This document shows positions 1 to 11,760 of a stretch of DNA of 54,159 bases, piece by piece. Origin of the DNA: Octopus bimaculoides (lineage: Eukaryota); contig NC_068982.1 in NCBI RefSeq assembly GCF_001194135.2, positions 187,015,220 through 187,069,378 on the forward strand, in the 5' to 3' direction. Position 1 is the first letter of the stretch. Every line of letters begins with the position of its first letter. Under the pieces are notes generated by a model, which ran no database searches, had not been told where the DNA came from, and saw nothing but the letters and a program-made list of their open reading frames with translations. The position numbers and the translations under genes were made by a program.

Positions 1-151
1 AAATGAAATCACACCTAAAAAAAAAAAATTTTTTTAATGAAATAAAATAGAAATTTTAAAAAATGAAAATAGAAAAGAAAGAAAGAAAAAAAAAAAGCAA
101 GGGCGCATTGGATTTCGTAATTCTCCAGACACAATATAGGAATAGAAAAAG

Positions 152-390
152 GGCGGTGTGCTGGCAGAATCGTTAGCACGCCGGGCGAAATGCTTAGCGG
201 TATTTCGTCTGCCGTTGCGTTCTAAGTTCAAATTCCGCCGAGGTCGACTTTGCCTTTCATCCTTTCGGGGTCGATTAAAAGAGTACCAGTTACGCACTGA
301 GGTCGATGTAATCGACTTAATCCCTTTGTCTGTCCTTGTTTGCCCCCTCTATGTTTAGCCTCCCCCTCCCCGTGGGCAATAAATAAATAT
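152..390 (+). mobile_element. tRNA-derived SINE, family A (near full length)
   Basis: Head ggcggtgtgctggcagaatcgttagc with B-box-like gttcaaattcc, body gtcgactttgcctttcatcctttcggggtcga, A-rich tail; the same sequence recurs more than 10 times in the window. Confidence 0.8.
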
Positions 391-479
391 ATGAATAAAA
401 AAATAGATTAGACCCGGTTGGAACATCTTTGGTCATTATAAGTGTGCTAGAAAAGGTATGACTCGCCTCTAAACAACAA

Positions 480-600
480 CATTCATTATTATATATTATT
501 ATTGTTATTATTATTATTATTATTATTATATATCATTATTATTATTATTATACATTTATTATTATATATTATTATTATTATTATTATTATTTATCATTAT
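480..600. repeat. (TAT)n microsatellite
   Basis: Imperfect ATT/TAT run seen directly. Confidence 0.9.
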
Positions 601-1055
601 ATATTTGTCGATATTTAAGCTAATACTTCTTTCAAATTAAATTGCCAGAAATTTAATTATAAAAATGTTGGCAATTCTTAAGTTTAGCAATCACTTTCAT
701 ATTTGTCATAAGTGCTGACTAATAAAAAGTGAGTATGAAGTGCTAAACTAAAGGATAACTAAAATATTTTTTATTGATTTTAGATCCATATTTAGTTGGT
801 TGCATTATTTCGGATTGAGGACTACAAGACATCAGTCAACGAGACGACTACTAAGAAACTAATTAACTTTATTACAGGTATCTAATGAGAACCTTATTTA
901 TATTTTATACAGAACGTATAGTTATAATAAACAGGTATTTCACTTTATATTGATGGATCGTAACAGTTGTATACTGATTTAGCTTGCTTTCTCGCTCGCT
1001 TTAACAACGACATTTTAACAAAGATGTTAATTTCAATTTCTGCCTCTTTCTTCCA

Positions 1056-1115
1056 GAAATGGCCGACATTTGCGAGAGCTGCGCATGCGCTCTCCACTCG
1101 GCCGCCAACATGGCC
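1056..1115 (+). promoter_or_regulatory. Probable TAF12 core promoter with NRF1-type palindrome and YY1-like motifs
   Basis: TGCGCATGCGC at 1080-1090 matches the NRF1/EWG consensus; aaatggcc (1057) and caacatggcc (1106) are YY1-like; local CpG enrichment in AT-rich surroundings. Confidence 0.55.
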
Positions 1116-1207
1116 ACCAGTGCTATATTGCTTAAAGTCTGTTGAGGAGATATATTCACCGTTTGTCTTTTACTGCACAAATACTTGCATTTATTTCTTT
1201 GCTCAAG
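1100..1207 (+). other. TAF12: Probable non-coding first exon (5' UTR) of TAF12; start position uncertain
   Basis: Follows the promoter motifs and ends at donor caag|gtaaat (1207/1208); the next exon begins 13 nt before the ATG at acceptor gatag|a (2809/2810). Confidence 0.5.
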
Positions 1208-1826
1208 GTAAATATTTACATTTCTATCTTCTTAACAACGATCTGATTGTTGAAAGTAGCCGCTACTGCTGAGTTATAAGCCTCTAAAGTCACCTGTCTT
1301 CATTCCATCCTCATAACTTTCTCATAACAACGTTTGTTATTTTCATCATAAAAATCTCCTTTGGATTATTTATTTATTAATTTCCTATTCTGAATGATTA
1401 TACTACATTTAGAAAATAGAAAAGTGCATAAACAAAACGAGAATATATTATATTACATGATAAAACTATTATGTTTATAATTTTGTTGTCCTCAGTAAAA
1501 CATGTATGAATTTTCCGACCCAAACACCGTAAATTAAAGACAAAAGTTTCCTACTTTGCCTTTTATATGACAATATCCTGCAATATGTTACAAATGTGAC
1601 TTGTTTGCCGTTTTCCCAAGGATTGATGGACACAACTCCACGCTTTTCTAGAAATATTCCTCGTTATTGACTTCTGTTTTGTCTCTTATTTTTCAATGTT
1701 CATCTAGTGTGAAAAATACTTTACAATAATCATAACTTCTCTCCTTACTATGTTGTGTGTGTTCATGCATATATTAACAAGTCCGCCTGTGTATATAAAT
1801 ATATATATATATATGTGTGTGTGTGT

Positions 1827-2160
1827 GGAGACATCCGTGGTTTCGAGTTCAATCCTACACGGTGCCTTGGGAGAAGTGTCTTTTACTATAGCCCAGGGTC
1901 GACCAATGCCTTATGAATGGATTTCGTAGACGGAAATTGTGTGGAAGCCCATTACACGCGCACACACAAATTCACGCATCATGTGTGTGTATGTGTCTCT
2001 GTCGCCGCTTAATGTTCCGATAACTTAGCGGTTCGGCAATGTAACCGATAGAATAAGTGCCAAAAAATAAATACAAGGGTCAATTTGTTCGACTTGACTC
2101 TTCAAGACGGTGTTCCAGCATGGCCACTGGCTAATGACCGAAACAAGTAAAAGATAAAAT
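1827..2160 (+). mobile_element. tRNA-derived SINE, family B (diverged)
   Basis: gccttgggagaagtgtcttttactatagcc...ccagcatggcc...gaaacaagtaaaaga matches family B copies such as 37183-37575. Confidence 0.7.
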
Positions 2161-2177
2161 ATAGGTATAGATGTATA

Positions 2178-2310
2178 TGTGTGTATTAAAAGTGGGGAAG
2201 GCCGGTTTATGGGATTGCCTTAGGTTTCCCGTCCATAAAGGGTTTATCTTTATGGACGGGAAACCTAAGGTAATCTCATAAACTGGCCTTCCCCATTTTT
2301 AATATATACA
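2178..2310. repeat. Near-perfect inverted repeat (57-63 bp stem, 7-nt loop), MITE-like
   Basis: Arms 2184-2240 and 2248-2304 pair completely, with 4 G-T pairs; loop ggtttat. Confidence 0.85.
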
Positions 2311-2399
2311 GCTCTACATCTTAGAGTTTGCTTCTTCTTTCGGATTTATGTTTTTTTGCAAACAATTTTTTCTCCGTGTTTTTCTCCTTGTCTCCGTAT

Positions 2400-2436
2400 T
2401 CTTTCTGTTGAAGAGCGTAGCTCGAAACGTCAAAGA
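2400..2436 (+). ncRNA. Candidate minimal type I hammerhead-like motif (A6U core variant), family HH2
   Basis: tcttt-CTGTTGA-A-GAGC-gta-GCTC-GAAAC-GTC-aaaga: 5-bp stem I, 4-bp stem II, palindromic ACGT stem III; activity untested. Confidence 0.45.
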
Positions 2437-2822
2437 CTTTCCGTATTCCCGAGCGTCATACTAATATATACTTTTGTTATTTACACCACCTGTCCTCGTC
2501 TGTTGTTATTTTTTGTATATTCTCCCATATATATATATATATATATANNNNNNNNNNNNNNNNNNNNNNNNNNNNNNNNNNNNNNNNNNNNNNNNNNNNN
2601 NNNNNNNNNNNNNNNNNNNNNNNNNNNNNNNNNNNNNNNNNNNNNNNNNNNNNNNNNNNNNNNNNNNNNATATATATGTGTGTGTGTGTATATGACAGTG
2701 ATTTGGTTTTGACTAATTTCTTATAATTTGTACACAATTTTGTGTGATTATAGTTTGAAATATTGATAAAGTATTTTTTTGTTTCTTGTATTCATTTCAT
2801 TTTTGATAGAGTTTTCCTCACA

Positions 2823-3053
2823 ATGAATAAATTACCTGGAATGGGCGAGAATAACTGCCCTGTTGTGAGTACAAGTCAGATGATGGCTTTGAACCAGCCA
2901 CCAGCGGGTCTTCGACCTGTCATTACAACGAGTCAAGTGAACCCTGCAATGTCTGTGTCCCCAGCAGAGAGCAAGGTCCTTGACAAACGGCGACTCCAGG
3001 AACTTGTGAAGGAAGTCGATCCTTTGGAACAGCTGGATGAAGATGTAGAAGAG
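2823..3053 (+). CDS. TAF12: TFIID subunit 12, coding exon 1
   Basis: MNKLPG...KVLDKRRLQELVKEVDPLEQLDEDVEE, the start of the TAF12 histone fold; donor GAG|gtaggt, phase 0. Confidence 0.95.
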
Positions 3054-3190
3054 GTAGGTGAAGTTTGCTTTGTAACCACACAGCTCCTGGTTCAATCCCA
3101 CCTGTTAGATGCTGTGGGGCATTTTGGCTCAGCTCTTTTGGCATTGCTGACTTCCTTGACTGTAGATGTCTTAATATATCTCTCTTTTGA

Positions 3191-3620
3191 GGCTGTGAAC
3201 TAGCAGAAAAGTTAGCTTGCCAGGCAAAATGCTTAGTGGCATTTCATTCATCTCTACGTCCTGAGTTCAAATTCTGCTATGGTTGACTTGGCTTTTTATC
3301 CTTTTGGGGTCGATACGGTATGTACCAGTTGAGCAATAACGTCGATATAATTGACTTATCTCCTCCTCCAAAATTGCTGTTTTTGTCCCAAAATCTGAAA
3401 CCAATATTTCTCACATTTAAGGCACCGAGATGGTGGAACTGTTAGCAAGCTGGGCAAAATGTTTTGTCACATTTCATTCATCTTTGCATCCTGAGTTCAA
3501 ATTCTGCTCAGGTTGACTTGGCTTTTCATCCTTTCAGAGTTGATAAAAGGGGTATCAATGAAACACAGGGGTCAGTGTAATCAACTTAGTCCCTGGCGTT
3601 GTACCAAAGTTTGAAATCAC
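3191..3620 (+). mobile_element. Two tandem diverged family A SINEs
   Basis: Two successive ctgagttcaaattctgct..ggttgacttggcttttcatcctt units. Confidence 0.7.
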
Positions 3621-4074
3621 CATTTCTCTTGTTCTCGCTCTCTCTTTATGAATATGGGAAAAGGGAAATCTCAATTTTGTTTAGTCAATTGTAATCTCTC
3701 TCTCAGTTTTCCTTTCTGTACATGCACCTTTCATCATCATCATCGTTTAACGTCCGTTTTCCATGCTGGCATTTGTTGGATGGTTTCACTGAGGTCTGGA
3801 GAGCCAGTGGCTGCACCATTTCCTCCAGCACCGAAATGCACCCTCTTCAAAACACTGAATGCCCAGTTGGCCATGCCAAATTGTCTGCATTCAAACTACT
3901 GCACCAAATCAATCGTCCCACACTGCAAAGCACCTTGGACAAGTATCTCAGATCCCTAATCTGGGATGCAACATGCTGTGACATGTTCTTCAGCTCCAAC
4001 CTTACTGCATTGGCCACAAACCTAGGCATTGCTGCTCGTAACACAGTGAAGAGAAAAACAGACAAATACTGCTG

Positions 4075-4277
4075 GACTGGCCCCTGTGCCGGTGGCATGT
4101 AAAAAGCACCCACTACACTCTCGGAGTGGTTGGCATTAGGAAGGGCATCCAACTGTAAAAACTCTGTCAGATCAGATTGGAGTCTGGTGCAGCCATCTGG
4201 TTTGCCAGTCCCCGGTCAAATTGTCCAACCCATGCTAGCATGGAAAGCGGACGTTAAATGATGATGATGATGATGAC
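4075..4277 (+). mobile_element. 3' end of RTE-clade LINE (family C) with (GAT)n tail
   Basis: aaaagcacccactacactctcggagtggttggcattaggaagggcatcc...ggacgttaaatgatgatgatg; about 20 copies in the window on both strands. Confidence 0.75.
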
Positions 4278-4329
4278 AGCAGCCTTCCCAGCTGCTATCA
4301 GTTTGCTTCAGTTACAGTTGAGACCTTAG

Positions 4330-4560
4330 CTGTTCTTGGACCCTGCACTACTGCAAAATTGGGATAAATGTGGCCCATCTGAGAAATGTGCCCCGTGATG
4401 TGGGGTAAGATTCTGCAGTGTTTGTTGCTGGCCAGTCTCCATGGCAACACTTTTGCAAACCTGTCCATAAGGCGTAGCTAAACACACATCTGTTACCCCA
4501 CCCCCCACCCCCGCCATCTTTAGCTGCTTAATCTCTTTTTCTTTGTTTCTTTGGTGAGGT
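4330..4560. repeat. Interspersed repeat, also at about 32745-33018 and related (opposite strand) to 7965-8225 and 14580-14770
   Basis: Shared gttcttggaccctg...gcaaaattgggataa...cccatctgagaaatgtgccccg...ggtgaggta. Confidence 0.6.
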
Positions 4561-4995
4561 AGTTAAGGGTTTCTTAATAATTTTACTCTTTATACTCTTC
4601 ATGTTTTTTTTTCTTTCATCCTGTAAACATAATGATGTTAATAAAAGCAAAATTTTGTCTCAGATCGATCAAAGCCTTGCAACTGAAGTAAATTAGGCAG
4701 AAAACTGAAATCCCATGGGCTGTACCTGCCCTAGGGTAGCAAACCTAATTCATCAATGGTTTGACATCACTCCCTGACTAAGAGAGGCCTATGCTATTGC
4801 AAGTATCTGCACTTGAGTTTCTAGACTGAGTCTTACTCATTACTCATCTGCCACACCAGTTATGGAAGCTACCCTTTAACTTCTCATTGAATCCTAAAGA
4901 AAAATTATTGATATCTCTCAGCTTAAATTTCACCATAAGCATGTTTTCTAATATTCTACTTTGTTAGTGATACAACAATTGATTTCACATTTCAG

Positions 4996-5110
4996 GTCTT
5001 ATTACAAATAGCTGATGACTTCATTGAGAATGTCGTTACTAATGCGTGCCAAATAGCTAAACACCGCAAATCTAATGTCTTAGAAGTGAAAGATGTCCAG
5101 TTACACCTGG
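4996..5110 (+). CDS. TAF12: TFIID subunit 12, coding exon 2
   Basis: ttcag|VLLQIADDFIENVVTNACQIAKHRKSNVLEVKDVQLHL G|gtaagt; 115 nt, phase 0 to 1. Confidence 0.97.
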
Positions 5111-6150
5111 GTAAGTTGTTTTATAATCTATTCAGGAATATAATTGGAGCATAGCATATTATAACTGAACTTTTCATTTGTTGTTATGTGGATTTTGTCA
5201 CATTTATTGTGTTTAGCTTTAAAGTGAATGTGTGTGTGTGTGTATATACATATATATAAAAATATTAGTTATAGAATAAAAACGCTGGGTTAACGACTCA
5301 ACATATCACACCCCCTCAATGAACATATATAAGAAATACAACATAATCCGTCAAACATAAGGAATAAGAAGAAATACCGCAAGAAGAAATAACGCAAGAA
5401 GAAATAATAAATAAAAAATATAGCATATATAGTATAAAATTTTATACACAAATATATTGTTTCAACCAATAACATACAAATGAAAAAAATTGAGTTAAAG
5501 GTATAATACAATACACGTAAATATCATTTCATAGAAGTTAAAATTAATACGAATAAAAGGAATAAAAATTTCAAATATATAATATAATATAGGTCGATAT
5601 AGAATAAAGTAAAATAAAATAAAGAAATGAGGTACCATAAAGTAATCCATCGGTTAAATATATACATATATATATATATTCATCTTTTATGTCCATTTCC
5701 AATGCTATCATCATCATCATTGTCATTTAATGTCCATTTTCCATGCTGGCATGGGTTGGATAGTTTGACAGTAGCTGGCAAACCAGAGGGATGTGACCAG
5801 CTCTCTTGTCTGTTTTGGCATGGTTTCTATGGGTGGGTGTCCTTCCTAATGCCATTCACTTAACAAAGTGTACTGGGTGCTTTTTTTGTGGCACCAGCAC
5901 TGGCTGGGTACCCAAGTAACTTGCAAGACAAAACAGGTTAATATAATGAAGTAGTCCCAGTCCCGAAATTGCTGGCCCTGTGCCAAAATTTGAAACCAAT
6001 AGGAGTGGCTGTGTGATAAGAAGCTTGCTTCCCAACCACATGGTTCTGGGTTCAGTGCCACTGTGTAGGACTTTGGGCAAGTGTCTTCTATAGTCTCAGG
6101 CCGACCAAAGCCTTGAGTGGATTTGGTAGTCGGAAGCTGAAGGAAGCCAG

Positions 6151-6600
6151 GTATGGAGGTTTATCTTTGGCTAGGTATTTCTCCCACAGCTGTCTTACCA
6201 GAAATATAGCACAAACCCAAGCTGCATCTCATCTAAACTGACTCTCTCCCTAATTAATTGGGCTACAACCCTCTCCGTGACTTTCATTACCTGATCCAAC
6301 AGTTTGATACCTCTGTAATTATTTCTGTCTAAAGCATCACCTTTACCTTTGTAGTAGTTGACTATGGTGCTGCTACACCAGTCATTAGGTATGACTCCTT
6401 CATGTATCACCCGGTTGACTATTCGGGTGACTATTCTATAGCCGACACTGCCTGATATTTTGAGCATCTCTGCGGTGATTCCTGATGGGCTGGGGACTTT
6501 CCCTGTCTTCATACTCTCAATTGCGTTATCTACCAAGGCACAGCCAATTCGGATAGCTGGTCCCTCTGTTGGTTCGGCATTCGGCAGGCTCATTTTTGCC
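6151..6600 (-). mobile_element. RTE-clade non-LTR retrotransposon reverse transcriptase fragment (degenerate)
   Basis: MKTGKVPSPSGITAEML...IPNDW..STIV..YKGKGDALDRNNYRGIKLL...DEMQLGF, then after a break LVRQLWEKYLAK; typical RTE RT N-terminal blocks. Confidence 0.88.
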
Positions 6601-6958
6601 ACAAATGAGACTGATGCTAGGTTTTTTTTAAAAATAAATACTGGGATCGATTTGTTCAACTAAAAATTTTTCAAGGCGGGTGCCCCAGCATGGCCGTTGT
6701 CTAAACCTGAAACGAGTAAAAGAAAGATATATACAAAATGTAGACAAACATACACAAGTTCCCTCTTAAGCGAGACACTTCAGGGGAGGTAACTAATGTT
6801 TCAACATTGTGGTCACAGCTCACAATTACTTAAACATCGTCGTATTTGGATAATTAAGCTTCATCAATCCGGAGTGACATATAACATATATATAACAAAA
6901 ATGACATATTTTAGAAAATTCTGGGGATGATGATGATGACTGAGAAATTGTGTTATTG

Positions 6959-6993
<35 letters not shown>

Positions 6994-7777
6994 TAGGCTG
7001 TGTGGTAAGTAGCTTGCTTACGGACCACATGGTTCCGGGTTCAGTCCTACTGCGTGGCACCTTCGGCAAGTGTCTTCTACTATAGCCTCGGGCCAACTAA
7101 AGCCTTGTGAGTGGATTTGGTAGACAGAAACTGAAAGAAGCCCNNNNNNNNNNNNNNNNNNNNNNNNNNNNNNNNNNNNNNNNNNNNNNNNNNNNNNNNN
7201 NNNNNNNNNNNNNNNNNNNNNNNNNNNNNNNNNNNNNNNNNNNNNNNNNNNNNNNNNNNNNNNNNNNNNNNNNNNNNNNNNNNNNNNNNNNNNNNNNNNN
7301 NNNNNNNNNNNNNNNNNNNNNNNNNNNNNNNNNNNNNNNNNNNNNNNNNNNNNNNNNNNNNNNNNNNNNNNNNNNNNNNNNNNNNNNNNNNNNNNNNNNN
7401 NNNNNNNNNNNNNNNNNNNNNNNNNNNNNNNNNNNNNNNNNNNNNNNNNNNNNNNNNNNNNNNNNNNNNNNNNNNNNNNNNNNNNNNNNNNNNNNNNNNN
7501 NNNNNNNNNNNNNNNNNNNNNNNNNNNNNNNNNNNNNNNNNNNNNNNNNNNNNNNNNNNNNNNNNNNNNNNNNNNNNNNNNNNNNNNNNNNNNNNNNNNN
7601 NNNNNNNNNNNNNNNNNNNNNNNNNNNNNNNNNNGGGTCGATCTAATTGACTAGCCCCTCTCCCCCAAAAGTTCGGGCCTTGTGCCTAGCATAGAAACGA
7701 TTATTTAGTATTTTATCTATTTGTGGAAGAAATCACTTCTTTTCCATACGTTTAACTGTCTGTTTTGATCTCTTTAG

Positions 7778-7866
7778 AACGTAACTGGAATATGTGGGTT
7801 CCTGGTTTTGGTTCTGAAGATCTTCGACCATATAAGAAAGCAGTGGTCACTGATGCTCACAAGCAG
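7778..7866 (+). CDS. TAF12: TFIID subunit 12, coding exon 3
   Basis: tttag|(E)RNWNMWVPGFGSEDLRPYKKAVVTDAHKQ|gtaagg; 89 nt, phase 1 to 0; too short for the ORF track. Confidence 0.97.
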
Positions 7867-8499
7867 GTAAGGGCGTTTTTTTTTATTTTTTATAACAAAT
7901 CCCTTAATCTCTAACCGCATCTTACTAACATAACCTACTGCAATTCTCCATGACCTGCAAGGGCTCACTTCTCAGGTGGGCTGCAGTTATCCCGATTTTG
8001 CAGAGGAAATTGGCAGTATGGGGTCTGAGGGCACCTAAGGTTTTGACGGCAGCTGGCGGCGATACCCGAGTTTATGGCTAATGCAACAAGGTTGGAGCCA
8101 GAGAATGTGTGACAACTTGTGTCCCAGATTAGGGATCTGCTTCTCTTGTATGGGAAGAGGGTTATTCTTTTGGGACACTTACCATCCCCGCTATCAAGAC
8201 CTACTGTCTCCAGTTGTAACCGGACATAATCCTTGAAATTACTGTCTCATTCACTCACTCAATTGCTAATAATACAAGAAGGGTCTGGAACAGTTTCTTA
8301 GGAGATTGTTGCCATGGCTTCCAAACGATAAAAAATGTTTTTGTTCTTAAAAATTGCAGGTGTGGTAAGAAGTTTGCTACTTCATCACATTGGCTTGGGT
8401 TTCAGTCCCACTATAGCCTTGGGCTGAACAAGTCTTTGTGAGTGGATTTGGTTGATAGAAACTGAAAGAAGCCCATCGTATATATACATCTGATGCCTG

Positions 8500-9305
8500 T
8501 GCCCCCTGGCTGGCTCCTGTGCCAGTGGCATGTAAAAAGCACTATCTGAACGCAATCGATGCCAGGCCCACCTGACTGGCTCCTGTGCCAGTAGCATGTA
8601 AAAAGCACCCACTACATTCTTGGAGTGGTTGTCATTAGGAAGGGCATCCAGCCGTAGAAACAATGCCAGATTGGAGCCTGGTGCAGCTGCTGGTTTTCCA
8701 GAACTCAGTCAAACCATCCAACCATGCCAGCATGGAAAGTGGACGTTAAACAATGATGATGATGATATATATATATATATATATATGTATGTATATATAT
8801 ATTCTGCTGAGAGGTTGGTGTTAGGAAGGGCATCCAGCTGTAAAAATCCTGCCAAAACAGTTACATAAGTCTGGTGCAGGCTTCGGCCTGGCTGGCTCTT
8901 GTCAAACCATCCCACCCATGCCAGCGTGGAAGGTGGACGTTAAGTGATGATATATATATATATGTTTGTGTCTGTCCTCCACTATTGCCACCAGAAGGCT
9001 GCACCAGGCTCCAATCTGATCTGGCAGAGTTTCTACAGCTGGATGCCCTTCCTAATGTCAACCACTCCAAGAGTGTAGTGGGTGCTTTTACATGCCACGA
9101 GCACGAGGGCCAGTCAGGCAGTTCTGGCAGCAACCCACTACACTCTCAGAGTGGTTGGCGTCAGGAAGGGCATCCAGCTGTAGAAACTTTGCCAGATCAG
9201 ATTGGAGCCTGGTGCAGCCTCTGGCTCACCAGTCCTCAGTCAAACTGTCCAACCCATGCCAGCATGGAAAACGGACGTTAAACGTCGATGATGATGATGA
9301 TGATA
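8500..9305. mobile_element. Cluster of family C (RTE 3' end) copies in both orientations
   Basis: + copies at about 8500-8765, 8810-8950 and 9130-9305; - copy at about 8995-9100. Confidence 0.7.
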
Positions 9306-9383
9306 AGCTAGTTGCCAGAAAGTGGGTAGTGTACCTGATATAATTCCATTCTATTTACATTGTTTATTTTTGTTTGTTTGCAG

Positions 9384-9422
9384 AGGATGGCTTTAATCAA
9401 GAAAACATTGAAGAAATACTAA
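9384..9422 (+). CDS. TAF12: TFIID subunit 12, last coding exon
   Basis: tgcag|RMALIKKTLKKY-TAA; total CDS 474 nt = 157 aa. Confidence 0.95.
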   Translation, partial: RMALIKKTLKKY

Positions 9423-10689
9423 TGTGATAGAGACTTTCATCCTAGCAAAAGTGGACTGCTGAAGTCAAGTGGCCCGCCTCACCAATATATCTCACGTCTA
9501 CCGTACTGAATGTGGCTGAATACAATCACTTCCTGTGGATGTTTTACGAGAAGCAAGTTATCTTAGCACCACACAACTGGTACTTAAGTGATGATGATGA
9601 TGATGATGATAATGATGGTCTTTGATCAGCTAACATCTGTAGCAGATTGCAGATGGTCTGCTGGTTGACCTTTGGTCAATTTTGTGGCCATTTATATAAA
9701 TATTGCCAACTATAATATTTAAATTAATGATGCCTGTTTTATTTAATTTATGGACAAAAACATCCTGAATTAGGTAAATAGCCTCTCCGTTGCTATGGAT
9801 ACTTTGCACTCATTGATGCATTCTACATTCTAATTAGCTTACACACACACACATAAGCCTATATACATTTACACAACTGCATACAAATTCATACACACAC
9901 ACACACACACTTTTCTGTGCATTGTATCATCTCAGATCTCTTCCTTTCAACCTGTTTCGACAGCAATATATGATGCTATATTTATATCCTTTTTATCGCT
10001 CATTTCAGAATGATATCCTCCACTTCTCTCTTTTGGCATCAAAAATATATAAAACAAACCATCAATTAAAACATTAAAAAACTTCCTCAAAGTACAACCC
10101 ACTGCCATTTTGAGAGTTTATTTTATCCAAACATTATTACAGGGAGAAATTCAAGAAGTTTGCTTCCCAATCACATGGTCCGGGGTTCTGTCCCACTGTG
10201 TGGCACCTTGGGCAAGTGTCTTCTACTATAGCCTGGAACTGAACCTGAGAACACATGATTGGGAAGCAAGCTTTTTGGGATTTTTTTTTTAACTATGAAA
10301 TTGTTTTTAATGTTTATATAAATTGTTTTATGAGCTGACGATGGCAAACCTGATGCGCTATTTGATGTCATGGCCCTGTGGACATTTCACAGTTGGTAAT
10401 CAAAATATTCATAAATGTTCTTGTTAAATAAATAATGATATATCAGAATAATTGTGGAACTCCGTCGGTTATGACGACAAGGGTTCCAGTTGATCTGATC
10501 AACGGAACAGCCTGCTTGTGAAATTAACGTGCAAGTGGCTGAGCACTCCACAGACNNNNNNNNNNTATGAGCTGACGATGGCAAACCTGATGCGCTATTT
10601 GATGTCATGGCCCTGTGGACATTTCACAGTTGGTAATCAAAATATTCATAAATGTTCTTGTTAAATAAATAATGATATATCAGAATAAT

Positions 10690-11069
10690 TGTGGAACTCC
10701 GTCGGTTATGACGACAAGGGTTCCAGTTGATCTGATCAACGGAACAGCCTGCTTGTGAAATTAACGTGCAAGTGGCTGAGCACTCCACAGACATGTGTAC
10801 CCTTAATGTAGTTCTCGGGGATATTCAGCGTGACACAGAGTGTGACAAGGCTGACCCTTTCAATTACAGGCACAACAGAAACAGGAAGAAAGAGTGAAAG
10901 AAAGTTGTGGTGGAAGAGTACAGCAGGGTTTGCCACCACCCCCTGCAGGAGCCTCATGGAGATTTAAGCGTTTTCGCTCAATAAACACTCACAATGCCCA
11001 GTCTGGGAATCGAAACTGTGATCCTATGACTGCTAGTCTGCTGCCCTTACCACTAGGCCATTGCACCTC
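10690..11069 (-). mobile_element. tRNA-derived SINE, family E
   Basis: Minus-strand head gcaatggcctagtggtaagggcagc...gtttcgattcccagac; reverse complement of the copy at 47988-48363. Confidence 0.8.
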
Positions 11070-11404
11070 AATGATCAGAATAATAATGCATTACTGTAAG
11101 TAGCACAAGCATAGTGTAATAGATGGGTGGTGAGTTCAAACCTGTGTGTCTACATTTGAAATGGACAAAGAGGTCAGATTTATGAGGTAATGAGCAAATG
11201 CCAAATTGAGAAAGGGCAAACATATGAGATAAGTTAGTGGGCAAATATTACTTGCATGAAATCATGGGCAAACACATCAGGTGATTAAGTTAGTGGGCAA
11301 ATGTCACATGGATAAGCTAGAGGGCAAATATTTTACATGGATGAGGTGGTGAGTGCAGATGCCAAATGAATAAAGAGTGAACCTGTCACATGGTTAAGGC
11401 AATG

Positions 11405-11760
11405 AGCATGGCTGTGTGGTAAGAAGCTTGTTTCCCAATCACATGGTTCCAGGTTCGGTCCCTCTGTGCAGCACCTTGGGCAAGTGTCTTCTCTAGCTCC
11501 AGACCAACCAAAGCCTTGTGAGTGGATTTGGTAGACGGGAACTGAAAGAAGCCCGTCATATGTGTGTGTGTCTGTTTGTTCCCCACCACCACTTGACAAC
11601 CTGTGTTGGCGTTTTTAAATCCCCGTAACTTAGTGATTCAATAAATACCAAGCTTCAAAATGAAAAATTAGTACTGGGGTTGATTCAGTTGACTGAAAAC
11701 TCTTCAAAGCATTGCCCCAGCATGGCCACAGTCTGATGGCTGAAACAAATAAAAGATGGT
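11405..11760 (+). mobile_element. Family B SINE
   Basis: ggctgtgtggtaagaagcttg...gcaccttgggcaagtgtcttct...ccagcatggccacagtc...gaaacaaataaaag. Confidence 0.75.

Noticed and set aside
680-750. Imperfect hairpin agtttagca...tgctaaact
   Set aside because: Only 9 contiguous bp in very AT-rich sequence; no snoRNA boxes or miRNA-like geometry
940-1075. Divergent minus-strand gene starting at the TAF12 promoter (MSAISGRKRQK..., MSLLKRARKQAK...)
   Set aside because: The frames are only 22-23 codons, with no convincing donor and no recognisable homology
2763-3203. ORF-track 146-aa product as the TAF12 protein
   Set aside because: It starts at a non-ATG intronic codon and reads through the 3054 donor; the spliced 157-aa model fits the family
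10329-10792. Exact 227-bp tandem duplication (10329-10555 and 10566-10792)
   Set aside because: The copies are identical and separated by a 10-N gap, which is the signature of unmerged overlapping contig ends, not biology
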